A DNA stretch of 64,000 bases from an uncultured Candidatus Bathyarchaeia archaeon (GCA_964394935.1 CAYMZN010000002.1:6360-70359); one strand, 5' to 3'; shown: positions 1 through 9,387, counted from the first letter of the stretch. Translations and numbers: made by a program. Notes: generated by a model not told the origin, from the letters alone.

Positions 1-1
1 G

Positions 2-352
2 AAGGCAATCAATCCGCTCTCCCTTGAAGGCCAGATCGAAGGCGGAGCTATCCAAGCATTGGGATATGGCCTGATGGAACAGCTCATTCACGTCGACGGA
101 ATTGTTGCCAACCCTACTCTGGGGGACTACTATATTCCAACCTCGCTTGACATACCGGAGATTCAGACAATCATCGTCGAATACCCAGGACCAATCGGAC
201 CGTTCGGAGCAAAGGCCATGGGAGAACCACCTGTAGATCTACCGGCCGCTGCCCTTGCGAATGCAGTTGCACACGCTACGGGCTCAAGAATATTCAGTAT
301 CCCTCTCACGGCTGAGAAAGTCCTCTTCGCAATCAAAGACGACCAACAGTGA
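2..352 (+). CDS. Mo-hydroxylase large subunit (xanthine dehydrogenase / aldehyde oxidoreductase / CoxL family), C-terminal fragment; the 5' end lies outside the window
   Basis: The frame is open from the window edge. Translation KAINPLSLEGQIEGGAIQALGYGLMEQ...FGAKAMGEPP matches the conserved C-terminal block of molybdopterin-binding subunits. Track ORF 59..352 is only the part after an internal TTG. Confidence 0.75.
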   Translation, partial: KAINPLSLEGQIEGGAIQALGYGLMEQLIHVDGIVANPTLGDYYIPTSLDIPEIQTIIVEYPGPIGPFGAKAMGEPPVDLPAAALANAVAHATGSRIFSIPLTAEKVLFAIKDDQQ

Positions 353-460
353 ATCACTCAGGTCCGCTCTCAGGACCGTTCTTGATATTCAGGAAATGCT
401 TTATCGAAGCGCTCCGGCGCGTAGGGGGAACGACTGGTTCGAACTGGGATGTTGGTGTAG

Positions 461-1360
461 TTGTGGAATTTCAAAGCTGAACAGAAGATCTTCCAGATTG
501 GAGGGGTGAAGGCCGGAGGTGTTCCCGGGCAGCGTCCTGTCGTGCTGGTTGGAACACTCTTCTATCATCACCACAAAGTTGTGATAGATGAGAATGCCGG
601 AACCTTCGACGAAGAAGCCGCCGAGGAGCTTCTGAAGACCCAGGATGAGATGTCTGACAAGACTGGAAACCCATGCATGGTAGACGTTGTAGGTGCAAGT
701 GTTCCCGCGATGAAGAGCCATCTCGAATTTGTGGTAGACCACACTAAAGCTCCCGTCATGATTGACGGCCCGTCCGCCGAGATCAGAGCAACGGGACTTT
801 CATACGCAAAGGAGCAGGGAATCCTCGACCGAATGATCTACAACTCAATCAATCCAAGCAGCAAACCCGACGAACTCAAAATGGTTCAGTCATCCGGCAT
901 CGACACCGCAGTTTTTCTTGCGTATAACATGAAGGACTTCAGCACAGCCGGTCGGACCACTGCCATCAGAGAGCTCGTAAGCAAGAGGGAGGACTTCGGA
1001 ATCACGAAACCCCTCATCGATACATGCGTGCTGGACCTGCCCACGCTCGGCCAAGCTCTTCGGGCGTTGTTCGAACTGAAGGATGAGATGGGCTTCCCGG
1101 TTGGTTGCGGTGCTCACAACGCGGTCGCTCTTTGGAGGGGACTGAAGACCAAGATGGGTGAACACGCCGTAAAGCCAATCCTTGCTTCAGTGAGCGCCGC
1201 CACTGCAGCGGTAGGCGCTGATTTTGTGCTCTATGGGCCGATCGATGATGCGAGGCTAGTTTTTCCCGCGGTGGCAATGGTTGACGCCGCGTACAGTCAA
1301 ATCCCGATAGAGAAGAGGATCCAGATCCCGAAAGATCATCCTAGGTACAGAATTGGCTAG
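461..1360 (+). CDS. MtrH-family methyltransferase (tetrahydromethanopterin S-methyltransferase subunit H-like)
   Basis: 299 aa with a TTG start. The N-terminus FKAEQKIFQIGGVKAGGVPGQRPVVLVGTLFY and overall length are typical of the MtrH family. Confidence 0.7.
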   Translation: MWNFKAEQKIFQIGGVKAGGVPGQRPVVLVGTLFYHHHKVVIDENAGTFDEEAAEELLKTQDEMSDKTGNPCMVDVVGASVPAMKSHLEFVVDHTKAPVMIDGPSAEIRATGLSYAKEQGILDRMIYNSINPSSKPDELKMVQSSGIDTAVFLAYNMKDFSTAGRTTAIRELVSKREDFGITKPLIDTCVLDLPTLGQALRALFELKDEMGFPVGCGAHNAVALWRGLKTKMGEHAVKPILASVSAATAAVGADFVLYGPIDDARLVFPAVAMVDAAYSQIPIEKRIQIPKDHPRYRIG

Positions 1361-1382
1361 GCTGGACTGAGAGGGCCGTTCC

Positions 1383-1961
1383 ATGGATCCAGTCGAGTCT
1401 GTCCTCAAACGGTTGATGGAGACCCCTGGAGTCGTAGCGGTCTCGGTTCTCCCCGATGAGGAGAGAGATTCGCTACAGCGACTGGAGACGGAAGCGAACC
1501 TTCGCCTCGGAATTCCAGGATTAGAGATCGTGAATGAGGGAATCCGGGATGTCCTAGCCCGCCAGCACGCCATCATCATATCTCACTCCCCGGCTCTCAG
1601 GCATCCGCCGGGTCCTATCATCGTCATCAGCGATGAGGAAGACATCGTGGGTGAGGAAGTCTGGGAACCTGGCCGAGCGGAGAAGCTTTCAGAGGACCCG
1701 AATGTTCTCTTCCTCGGCAAGAGCGTGGCTCTCTACCGCGATGCACTCATGCGGGCTAGAGGAAAGCCTCTGAAACTTGTCTACAAAGGTCTACCATTCC
1801 CCGAGCTTGAAGAAGTCCCGGGTGTTCAAGACGTTGTCTCGGTCACAATGACGGTTCCCGTACATTTTGAATTCGCAAAGAAGGCGGGGTGGAATCCCGA
1901 CGACCCTAACCTAGGTACCGTATTGATCGGGTTCAACGAATCAAAGCAGGAGACCAGGTAG
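1383..1961 (+). CDS. hypothetical protein, co-oriented with the MtrH-like gene
   Basis: 192-aa ORF starting 22 nt after the MtrH-like stop. No recognisable motif; no DxHxxG corrinoid-binding signature. Confidence 0.45.
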   Translation: MDPVESVLKRLMETPGVVAVSVLPDEERDSLQRLETEANLRLGIPGLEIVNEGIRDVLARQHAIIISHSPALRHPPGPIIVISDEEDIVGEEVWEPGRAEKLSEDPNVLFLGKSVALYRDALMRARGKPLKLVYKGLPFPELEEVPGVQDVVSVTMTVPVHFEFAKKAGWNPDDPNLGTVLIGFNESKQETR

Positions 1962-1968
1962 CGAAGAC

Positions 1969-3252
1969 TTGTTCTACGAGACGCCGCTCCAGAGACGAGC
2001 GCTCATCCTCACATCACTGACTCACTTCGTGAATGATGGCGTGGCAATGGTGCCCCTGTCCATCTTTCCCCTGTTGCTCACGCTATTCGCATTGGCCCCG
2101 CCCGAACTCGGAGTCGTCGCGGCAATGTGGAACATTACCTCGGTAGTCGGAAGCCCGGCGGTCGGCCACCTCTCTGACCGACTGAAACGGAACAACATTC
2201 TCCTTGCAGCCGGTCTCGTGATGATGGCAATCGGGGTCGTTGGGACTGGCTGGTCGGTTACCACTGGCATGGTCCGGTCTTGGTTGCCTTTGCACGTCTA
2301 CCCTGCGCTTCTTCTGTTCGCGACACTTGGCGGCCTTGGGTCCAGTGTATGCCATCCAGTAGGTGGAACCGTGCTCAGCCAAGCCTACCCGCCAACCAAG
2401 CTCGGAAAAGCGCTGGGACTAAACGGAGCATTGGGTAGCCTGGGGCGGGCCCTCTACCCTAGCCTCGTCGTCATCTTGGTTACTGCCCTCAATCTGGATT
2501 ACGGAGTCATCGCGCTGGGACTCTTCGGTCTTCTTCCCGTGGCTCTGATTGGACTCTTCCCGTTTGAAAGTGCCCGAGACAACTTTCCTCACAGGTCAGT
2601 GAAATGTACAGAGGCACGCAATACGGGTGAGAGTGGGTCGAGGAAGATTAGTACTCTTGGTCGATCAGCGAAGACCAGCGTTCTGGTATTGATGACGATA
2701 GGGCTGTTCCGAAGTTTGTTCGGTCAAGGCGTCGTGAGCTTCCTCTCAGTCTTCATAGTGGAGGTCCAGCGGTACTCCTTCAGTTTCGGCGTGGGCGTGA
2801 TAATGATGATCGCGATCGTCCTGAGCGTCCCGGGGCAGGTGATCTTCGGCCAATTCTCAGACCTGCACAGAACCGCGTCGCTCGGCGTGAACACTGCTGG
2901 TCAAAGCTTGGCAATCATCTTCTACCTTCACGTGCTGTCGAACCCGGTTCTAGCGGTAGCCTTTCTGGCACTGTTCGGGTTTTTCGCGTACAGTGGCTAT
3001 CCAGTATTCCTCTCAGTTGTGGCCGACGCTGTTCCAGCAGAGTTCTTGTCATTGTCGAATTCGATCGTATGGGGCGTCGGAGTGCTAGGCGGCAGCGCCG
3101 TCGGGCCGCTGATAGTGGGTCTCTTCGTCGGAAACAACCTCTCCCTCTTGCCCACGACTTTCCTTATTCTCGCTGTAGTATCCGGACTCTCAACGGGACT
3201 TGTTGCGCTCCTGCCTCGCCGGTCGGAGCAAACGTTCACCCGCACTGCGTAA
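1969..3252 (+). CDS. MFS-type transporter
   Basis: 427 aa with about 12 hydrophobic segments in a two-halves layout joined by a charged central loop (RDNFPHRSVKCTEARNTGESGSRK). Confidence 0.7.
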   Translation: MFYETPLQRRALILTSLTHFVNDGVAMVPLSIFPLLLTLFALAPPELGVVAAMWNITSVVGSPAVGHLSDRLKRNNILLAAGLVMMAIGVVGTGWSVTTGMVRSWLPLHVYPALLLFATLGGLGSSVCHPVGGTVLSQAYPPTKLGKALGLNGALGSLGRALYPSLVVILVTALNLDYGVIALGLFGLLPVALIGLFPFESARDNFPHRSVKCTEARNTGESGSRKISTLGRSAKTSVLVLMTIGLFRSLFGQGVVSFLSVFIVEVQRYSFSFGVGVIMMIAIVLSVPGQVIFGQFSDLHRTASLGVNTAGQSLAIIFYLHVLSNPVLAVAFLALFGFFAYSGYPVFLSVVADAVPAEFLSLSNSIVWGVGVLGGSAVGPLIVGLFVGNNLSLLPTTFLILAVVSGLSTGLVALLPRRSEQTFTRTA

Positions 3253-3293
3253 ATGCACCCGGTAGATCTTGCCCTCTTGGCTGGCGGCTGTTC

Positions 3294-3743
3294 TCACTTG
3301 TTCTTCAATGGGCGTGATTTGATGAGGAGCAGCTGTTGAACATCGGCAAGATCCTCTGCAGATTCCATTCGTATGAACAGCCAACGCCCTTCGGGAAACT
3401 GGCGTGCGTTTTGGAGAACCATCCTCACACTCTTGCCAAGCTTGAGATTGGAGGCTTCCTTGGCTTGGACTTGACCAAGAACCATCTGTACGGTGAAGCT
3501 CCCCTTTCCAGGATACATGGATAGTAATGCCTTTCCTCCTTTCCGAAAACGCATAGCCCATCCGTAGTTCTTGCCATAGAACGTGAAGTCACTCCGGACT
3601 CGATAGTTCTCCGCGATGAACCGAATTAGTTTCTCCCAAAATCTCCTCTTGGCGCCGATCGAGGCGGAGATCTCTTCCACTGTCGGTTGATGTTTCTTGT
3701 CCACAAATGTGCCGATGCTCAAACGGATTCGCCAAGTCTTCAA
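3294..3743 (-). CDS. DUF3788-like protein
   Basis: 149 aa. FYGKNYGWAMRFRKGGKALLSMYPGKGSFTVQMVLG resembles the DUF3788 core. Confidence 0.6.
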   Translation of the reverse strand: MKTWRIRLSIGTFVDKKHQPTVEEISASIGAKRRFWEKLIRFIAENYRVRSDFTFYGKNYGWAMRFRKGGKALLSMYPGKGSFTVQMVLGQVQAKEASNLKLGKSVRMVLQNARQFPEGRWLFIRMESAEDLADVQQLLLIKSRPLKNK

Positions 3744-3764
3744 CAGTGATGTGCATTCTTCATT

Positions 3765-3992
3765 CTAGGTTTTTGGCGGACCGTTGCGAATCCGATCGTT
3801 CGTGGCCTGGATAGGCCATGGGCCCTCCCATCTCCAGCCGAAGCTCCATGGATCGAATGCTTCGAGCCACCATGTGGCGTCCCAGGCCTTGCTTGGCACG
3901 TCCAGACTTTCGTTGAGCATCTCGCCTGTGACCTTCGGATCTACCTCACGGAAAGAGAGCAGGGCGCTAGAAGGCCGAGTGATTCGCCCCAC
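3765..3992 (-). CDS. hypothetical Trp-rich small protein (uncertain)
   Basis: 75-aa ORF in the gap between the DUF3788 and XdhC genes. No motif recognised. Confidence 0.25.
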   Translation of the reverse strand: MGRITRPSSALLSFREVDPKVTGEMLNESLDVPSKAWDATWWLEAFDPWSFGWRWEGPWPIQATNDRIRNGPPKT

Positions 3993-3994
3993 AT

Positions 3995-4789
3995 CTACTT
4001 GCTGAGCGCTTTGACGATGTGGGATGAAATCTTCTTCGAGGAGGCCTCGTGCTCCTTGCCGAGGCGTCTGATCTTGATTATCTCCGCCAGGATGCTCACA
4101 GCTATCTCCTCAGGCGTCTCAGCTCCTATGTCAAGGCCGACTGGGGAGTATACGCGCGCCACCTGTTCCTCAGCGAATCCTTCCTTGAGCAGCTGACTGA
4201 AAACGAGCGCAACGCGCCTTCGGCTAGCTATCATTCCGATGTATGCCGCGTTCGTCTTGAGTGAAGCCTTCAGTGCGGGGACATCATCCTTGTGCCTAGT
4301 CAAGATCACGACGTACGTGGACGGATCGACGTTCACCTTTGAGAAGCCGGTTTCAACGAAGTCGGTAACGACTTCCAACGCCTCGGGAAAGCTCTCCCTC
4401 TTTGCCATAGGATCTAGCACGACGATATCGAACTCAAGCATCTTCCCAATTCGACTCAGAGCTTGACCCAGATGACCGCTTCCGATGATCAGGAGCTTGG
4501 GTGTCGGTTCGATGATCTCGATTGCCACGTCGATCTTGCCTCCACAGTTCATTCCGACACCACCAAAGTCTTCTTCAATCAGATCGTAGCTCTTGACGTG
4601 TACTCCCTTCACTCCTTCTTTGAGCAGTTTACGAGCCTGAGCTACGACTTCGGTCTCAACACATCCTCCGCCGACTGTGCCGACTGTCGTGCCATCGGGC
4701 TGTATGATCATCTTTGCAACGCGCCTCGGCACAGAGCCAGTATGTCCGGTTATGGTGGCGACCGCGAACGTCTTTCCTTCTCTGGTCAA
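3995..4789 (-). CDS. XdhC/CoxI-family molybdenum-cofactor insertion accessory protein
   Basis: The N-terminus FAVATITGHTGSVPRRVAKMII..GTVGGGCVE and a Rossmann-like LLIIGSGHLGQAL match the XdhC architecture. Confidence 0.8.
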   Translation of the reverse strand: MTREGKTFAVATITGHTGSVPRRVAKMIIQPDGTTVGTVGGGCVETEVVAQARKLLKEGVKGVHVKSYDLIEEDFGGVGMNCGGKIDVAIEIIEPTPKLLIIGSGHLGQALSRIGKMLEFDIVVLDPMAKRESFPEALEVVTDFVETGFSKVNVDPSTYVVILTRHKDDVPALKASLKTNAAYIGMIASRRRVALVFSQLLKEGFAEEQVARVYSPVGLDIGAETPEEIAVSILAEIIKIRRLGKEHEASSKKISSHIVKALSK

Positions 4790-4955
4790 TCTGCTGATCG
4801 TTTCGAAGAGTTCGCGCGTTCTGATCTCCTCCCGCTAATTGGTGAGTTGAGACCGACCACGCAGAGGGCTAATCGCCGCGCCTGATTTAAGTGAAGTGCG
4901 TGACGAATCAGCAGCACGCTTTCAATGGACGAGCGCGTTAACTTGATTGGCGTGA

Positions 4956-5546
4956 TTAAGCGGGATTCGGGAAGTACTTGTTGAATTCCTCTTGAGTGTC
5001 GATGTCGATCAACACATTGTCGCTACCGACATCGACATACTTGACCTGCGCTCTGTGTCGGTTGATTACTGCCTTAAGGCCAAATGTGTCCTCATCTATC
5101 TCCGAGACTTCGGGAAACAGTGTCCTGTCTAGGAGGATCGGATGTCCGCTCTGATGCTGATGTGAAGCGATTACTATTCTGCTCTTGGTTCCGCTATACT
5201 CGTCTATGACTCTGTTGATAGATGGTGCGTCTATCAGGGCCACGTCAGCTGGGAGAACCATCATAGCTTCGGCCTCGGGGGAAATTGCCGATAGTCCCAC
5301 CTTGACACTCCCGCTCTGTCCCTTCTCGTACCTATTGTTGACCACGATCTTGCATCTGAGCCGCGCAATCTTTTCCCTGATCTTCTCTGCCTCGTACCCC
5401 AGGACCACGACGACTTCGTCGGCATTTGATCTGATGGCAGTATTCACCACCCGCTCGATCAGTGTCTCTCCGTCGACATTGAGAACTAGCTTGTTCTCCT
5501 TCATCCTAGTGGACTTGCCAGCTGCGAGAACGATTAGTGATATCAC
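4956..5546 (-). CDS. MobA/MocA-like nucleotidyltransferase (molybdenum cofactor cytidylyl/guanylyl-transferase)
   Basis: MISLIVLAAGKSTRMKENKLVLNVDGETLIERVV is the typical NTP_transf_3 N-terminus. The gene ends 8 nt from the upstream amidohydrolase gene. Confidence 0.75.
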   Translation of the reverse strand: MISLIVLAAGKSTRMKENKLVLNVDGETLIERVVNTAIRSNADEVVVVLGYEAEKIREKIARLRCKIVVNNRYEKGQSGSVKVGLSAISPEAEAMMVLPADVALIDAPSINRVIDEYSGTKSRIVIASHQHQSGHPILLDRTLFPEVSEIDEDTFGLKAVINRHRAQVKYVDVGSDNVLIDIDTQEEFNKYFPNPA

Positions 5547-5553
5547 GCGCTCA

Positions 5554-6864
5554 TCACTCTCGCATCTTCATTGGAACGAACTGTGCTGATCCTTCTTTCG
5601 CCAGGATCTCGCCGTCCTTCATTACGACTCGTCCGCGGACTATTGTGGCCGTCGGCCACCCCTTCAGGGTCCACCCTTCGTATGGGGTCCAGCCGACCTT
5701 GTAGTGCAGGTTACTCGCACTCACTTTCCTCTCCGCTGACAGATCGACGATCGTGAAGTCAGCGTCGGCGCCAACTCGTATGCGACCCTTTCTGGGGTAG
5801 AGTCCGAATCTCTTGGCGGGATTCAAGGACAGAAGCCTGGTGGCCTGTTGTATCGTAATTCGGTTCTTGTTGACTCCTTCGCTTAGGACGATGGGGAGCA
5901 TCGTTTCGATGCTAGGGACTCCGCCCCAAGCGTCCCAGATGTTCTCCCAGCCAACCTCCTTCTCGTCCGCCTCTCCCGGGGCATGTTCGGAAGATATCAT
6001 GTCGACCGTCCCGTCAGACAGTGCACGCCAGAGAGCTGCAACATCAGCTTCGGTCTTGAGGGGCGGATTCATCTTCAGGTAAGGCCCGAGCTTCAGCACA
6101 TCCGCCCTAGTAAGCGTCAGGTAGTGTGGGCATGTCTCAACTGAGACATCTACCTTTTCCTGCTTGGCTTTGGCAACCAGACGTGCACCTTCGCTCGTGG
6201 ACATATGTGAGATGTGCAGCTTGCTTCGAGCGGTGCGTGCAAGTCCTATCGCGTCGCTGATTGCCTTCTCCTCCACGGCGTTAGGTTTGCATTCATTGTG
6301 CGCGATCGGATCGACCCTTCGCGCCCTCTTCAGCTCGAATGTGAGCTTCTGGCTGAGCTCCTCATCCTCCGCATGAACATTCGCGATTGCCCGAAATCGA
6401 ACAGTGTTCTTCATGAGAGCTAGCAGGGTCGGGTGATCAATGTAGTAGGGAGCGCACATGAAGGCCTTGAAAGAACAAATCCCGAGCTGGACTAGAGCCT
6501 CGACGTTTCCTATGTTCGCTTGCTTCATCATGCCCGCATGGAGAGAGAAATCGACGACTGCTTGCTGAGTTCCCCTACCGATCTTCTCTCTTGCTGCTTC
6601 AGAGTTGTCGACGGGGGTACTGAGAACCATGTCGACAACGGTGGCGACACCCCCAGCGGCTGCTGCATGTGTCCCGCTCCTGAAATCTTCACGCTTCCTG
6701 TACTGAGGATCGTCTATGTGAGCGTGAGCGTCCACAACGCCAGGTAGTACAAACTTTCCATGCGCATCGATGACCTCATCTGTTTGTGCGCTGATCCTCT
6801 TGGCGATCTTGGCTATCTTTCCGTTTTGACTGAGGATATCTGCCCGGACGGTCTTCCCGTCCAT
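5554..6864 (-). CDS. cyclic amidohydrolase (allantoinase / hydantoinase / dihydroorotase superfamily)
   Basis: Metal-ligand blocks are present: DAHAHID, SFKAFM (carboxylated Lys), NVHAED and LHISHMS. The usual (S/T)DHAP block reads SEHAP. The conserved N-terminal strand SLLIKNGTVV is encoded in frame upstream of the first ATG (6865..6900), with no ATG, GTG or TTG before the upstream stop. Confidence 0.75.
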   Translation of the reverse strand: MDGKTVRADILSQNGKIAKIAKRISAQTDEVIDAHGKFVLPGVVDAHAHIDDPQYRKREDFRSGTHAAAAGGVATVVDMVLSTPVDNSEAAREKIGRGTQQAVVDFSLHAGMMKQANIGNVEALVQLGICSFKAFMCAPYYIDHPTLLALMKNTVRFRAIANVHAEDEELSQKLTFELKRARRVDPIAHNECKPNAVEEKAISDAIGLARTARSKLHISHMSTSEGARLVAKAKQEKVDVSVETCPHYLTLTRADVLKLGPYLKMNPPLKTEADVAALWRALSDGTVDMISSEHAPGEADEKEVGWENIWDAWGGVPSIETMLPIVLSEGVNKNRITIQQATRLLSLNPAKRFGLYPRKGRIRVGADADFTIVDLSAERKVSASNLHYKVGWTPYEGWTLKGWPTATIVRGRVVMKDGEILAKEGSAQFVPMKMRE

Positions 6865-7039
6865 GACTACGGTGCCATTCTTGATGAGAAGAGATGACGT
6901 GGCCCGTCCACCTACTATGCTCCTCTGCTGGATAGCCCTGCTGAGCTAGCGCCTCCAGCTGTCAAGGGTGTCTCTTTGCTGTTGTCAAGGTTAAGATCTT
7001 TAGCATGTCATCTCAGACTGCTTGACAGGGGGCAGCAGC

Positions 7040-8404
7040 ATGACCTCGATTCTGGTGAAAGACGGGATAATCCTTACCATGGATCCGGATCAAAGAATAC
7101 TCTCCGATCACTCGATAGTCGTTGACGATGGAAGGTTCCAAGCGGTCGGAAAGACCGCTGACATAACTAGAGATTGGAAGACCAATGAGACTGTCGATGC
7201 ATCGGGCGGCATTGTTATGCCGGGTCTTGTCTGTAGTCACACTCATCTGTACGGCATGCTCCTGCGCGGAGCCAAACTGGACATTGTCCCCCCGTCCGAT
7301 TTCACTCAGATCCTTCAACGCATCTGGTGGCCAGTTGATGAGAATCTGACGTTTGAAGATGCGTACGCGAGCGCTCTCATCGGATGCCTGGAGTTTCTGA
7401 AGACAGGCACGACAATGTTTGCCGATACTTACTCTGGACCGAATTCGATCGAAGGCGTCCTAGATAGGATCGCCAAGGCGGTAGATGAGGTCGGAATCCG
7501 AGGCCTCATTGCCTTCGAGGCGACGGAGAGGCATTCCAAAGGAGAGGGAGAGAGAGGCGTCCAAGAGAATGTACGCTTCGCGAAACGAACTCGCCAGGAG
7601 CAACGATCGAAAGTCATGCCACTCTTCAGTCTGCACGCCTCATTCACGGTCACGGACGAACTAATCCAGTCAGTCCGTAGAGTGGCGAGTGAGCTGGGTG
7701 TCCCCGTGACAATTCATACCTCGGAGGGTCTTGGCGATCTTCAGCACAACATGGTGCGCTATAGGAAACGTACGGTTGAGAGACTGCGTGACGTTGGTCT
7801 CTTGGCTCCCGATGTTGTTCTTGCTCATTGCGTCCACGTCAACGATACTGAGCTAGACATTGTGGCTGCGTCAAAAGCAAAGATCGCCCACAATCCCATG
7901 AGTAACATGCTCAACGCTGTGGGAGCCGCTCCGGTGCCAAACATGCTCAGAAAGGGGATCACCGTCGGGCTAGGCAATGACGGCTACATCTTTGACGGGT
8001 TCGAAAACATGCGAGCTGCCTACTTGCTCCACCGGCTCGTCTCAAGAGACCCAAACGTAATCGACCCATACAGGATCCTCGAGATGGCAACTATCAGAGG
8101 TGCCGAACTCTACAGTTTGGGTAAGGAATTGGGCTCCATCGAAGTTGGAAAGAGAGCTGACCTCATTCTGATCAAACCGGAGATTCTTCCCACTCCACTT
8201 AGCTCAGACAGTGTTGTTGGACATCTGATCAATTCGATAGATGGAGACGATGTCAACACGGTAATGGTTGACGGGAGAATCGTCGTGAAAGAGCGAGCAA
8301 TCCTCACGGTAAACGAGAAGGAAGCCCAAAGGAAAGCCCAAGAAGCCGCTGCTGGGCTGTGGGAACGTCTCAGAACCGCGAAACCTCAAGTAGACATCCT
8401 CTGA
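7040..8404 (+). CDS. SsnA/chlorohydrolase-type aminohydrolase (nucleobase or nucleoside deaminase family)
   Basis: MTSILVKDGIILTMD..., SHTHLYG, and DFTQILQRIWWPVDENLT are typical of the SsnA/ATZ-TRZ amidohydrolase family. I prefer the second Met (7040) over the track start at 7022. Confidence 0.7.
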   Translation: MTSILVKDGIILTMDPDQRILSDHSIVVDDGRFQAVGKTADITRDWKTNETVDASGGIVMPGLVCSHTHLYGMLLRGAKLDIVPPSDFTQILQRIWWPVDENLTFEDAYASALIGCLEFLKTGTTMFADTYSGPNSIEGVLDRIAKAVDEVGIRGLIAFEATERHSKGEGERGVQENVRFAKRTRQEQRSKVMPLFSLHASFTVTDELIQSVRRVASELGVPVTIHTSEGLGDLQHNMVRYRKRTVERLRDVGLLAPDVVLAHCVHVNDTELDIVAASKAKIAHNPMSNMLNAVGAAPVPNMLRKGITVGLGNDGYIFDGFENMRAAYLLHRLVSRDPNVIDPYRILEMATIRGAELYSLGKELGSIEVGKRADLILIKPEILPTPLSSDSVVGHLINSIDGDDVNTVMVDGRIVVKERAILTVNEKEAQRKAQEAAAGLWERLRTAKPQVDIL

Positions 8405-8448
8405 TCTTAAAACCTATTTTCGTCAAATCCTTTCGAACCTCGGTAGCG

Positions 8449-9387
8449 GTGAATCTAGTGGTCTGCGATGTCGTTGTGATCGGTTCTGGGCCTGCCGGGC
8501 TGACGGCAGCGGTCTATTGTGGCCGGGCACTATTGAAGACACTTGTCATCGCTGGAGCAGTACCTGGCGGCCAGCTCATGTTGACCACTGAGGTGGAGAA
8601 CTTTCCAGGTTTCGAGCAACCCATTCTCGGCCCTGACCTCATCCAGCGGATGAGGAAGCAGGCAGAGCGATTCGGCGCCGAGTTCGTACAGGACGACGGG
8701 ATAGGAGTTGATTTCAAGACGCGCCCCTTCAAGATCAAAACAAATGGCGGGACATTCGAGGCAAATGCCGTGATTATCGCAACCGGCGCTTCCGCAAAAT
8801 GGCTCGGGCTGGAGTCCGAAAGGCGCCTACGCGGCAAGGGCGTGTCAAGCTGCGCCACCTGTGACGGATTCTTCTTCCGAGGGAAGGACACCGTCACCGT
8901 GGGGGGTGGCGATGTGGCCATGGAAGACACGATCTTTCTCACAAAGTTCGTGAACCATGCCGCGGTAGTCCACCGGCGCAACCAGCTTCGTGCCAGCAAA
9001 ATCCTACAGGAACGTGCCTTCAGGAATCCGAAGATATCGTTCCTCTGGGATTCGGTTGTCGAGGACATTCTGGGCCAGCAGAAGGTCGAAGGCGTCCGTG
9101 TCAGGAACCTGAAGACGGGCAAGCAAGATGTGCTGAAGTGCGACGGCGTATTCGTCGCGATAGGGCACCAGCCGAACACCGCAATATTCCAAGACCAGAT
9201 CGAGTTGGACCAGAAAGGGTACATCGTCACGGGGAAAGGAACGGCCACTAGTGTGGAAGGCGTCTTCGCCGCAGGCGACGTGGTTGACTTCCATTACAGG
9301 CAAGCGGCGACGGCAGCAGGGGATGGATGCCGTGCAGCCATGGACGCGGAGGACTATCTCGAAGACAAAGGTCTGCGTGCCCAGTGA
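8449..9387 (+). CDS. trxB: thioredoxin reductase
   Basis: CDVVVIGSGPAGLTAA (FAD GxGxxG), the redox-active CATCDG, a second Rossmann motif VTVGGGDVAMED, and VFAAGDV. The GTG at 8449 avoids overlap with the upstream gene. Confidence 0.85.
   Translation: MNLVVCDVVVIGSGPAGLTAAVYCGRALLKTLVIAGAVPGGQLMLTTEVENFPGFEQPILGPDLIQRMRKQAERFGAEFVQDDGIGVDFKTRPFKIKTNGGTFEANAVIIATGASAKWLGLESERRLRGKGVSSCATCDGFFFRGKDTVTVGGGDVAMEDTIFLTKFVNHAAVVHRRNQLRASKILQERAFRNPKISFLWDSVVEDILGQQKVEGVRVRNLKTGKQDVLKCDGVFVAIGHQPNTAIFQDQIELDQKGYIVTGKGTATSVEGVFAAGDVVDFHYRQAATAAGDGCRAAMDAEDYLEDKGLRAQ

Noticed and set aside
8514-9248. Long antisense track ORFs inside well-supported genes (for example 244 aa opposite trxB; 157 aa and 132 aa opposite DP2; 173 aa opposite lpdA)
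   Set aside because: These are typical shadow ORFs of moderately GC-rich coding sequence. Their translations are Ser/Pro/Arg-rich and carry no motifs.
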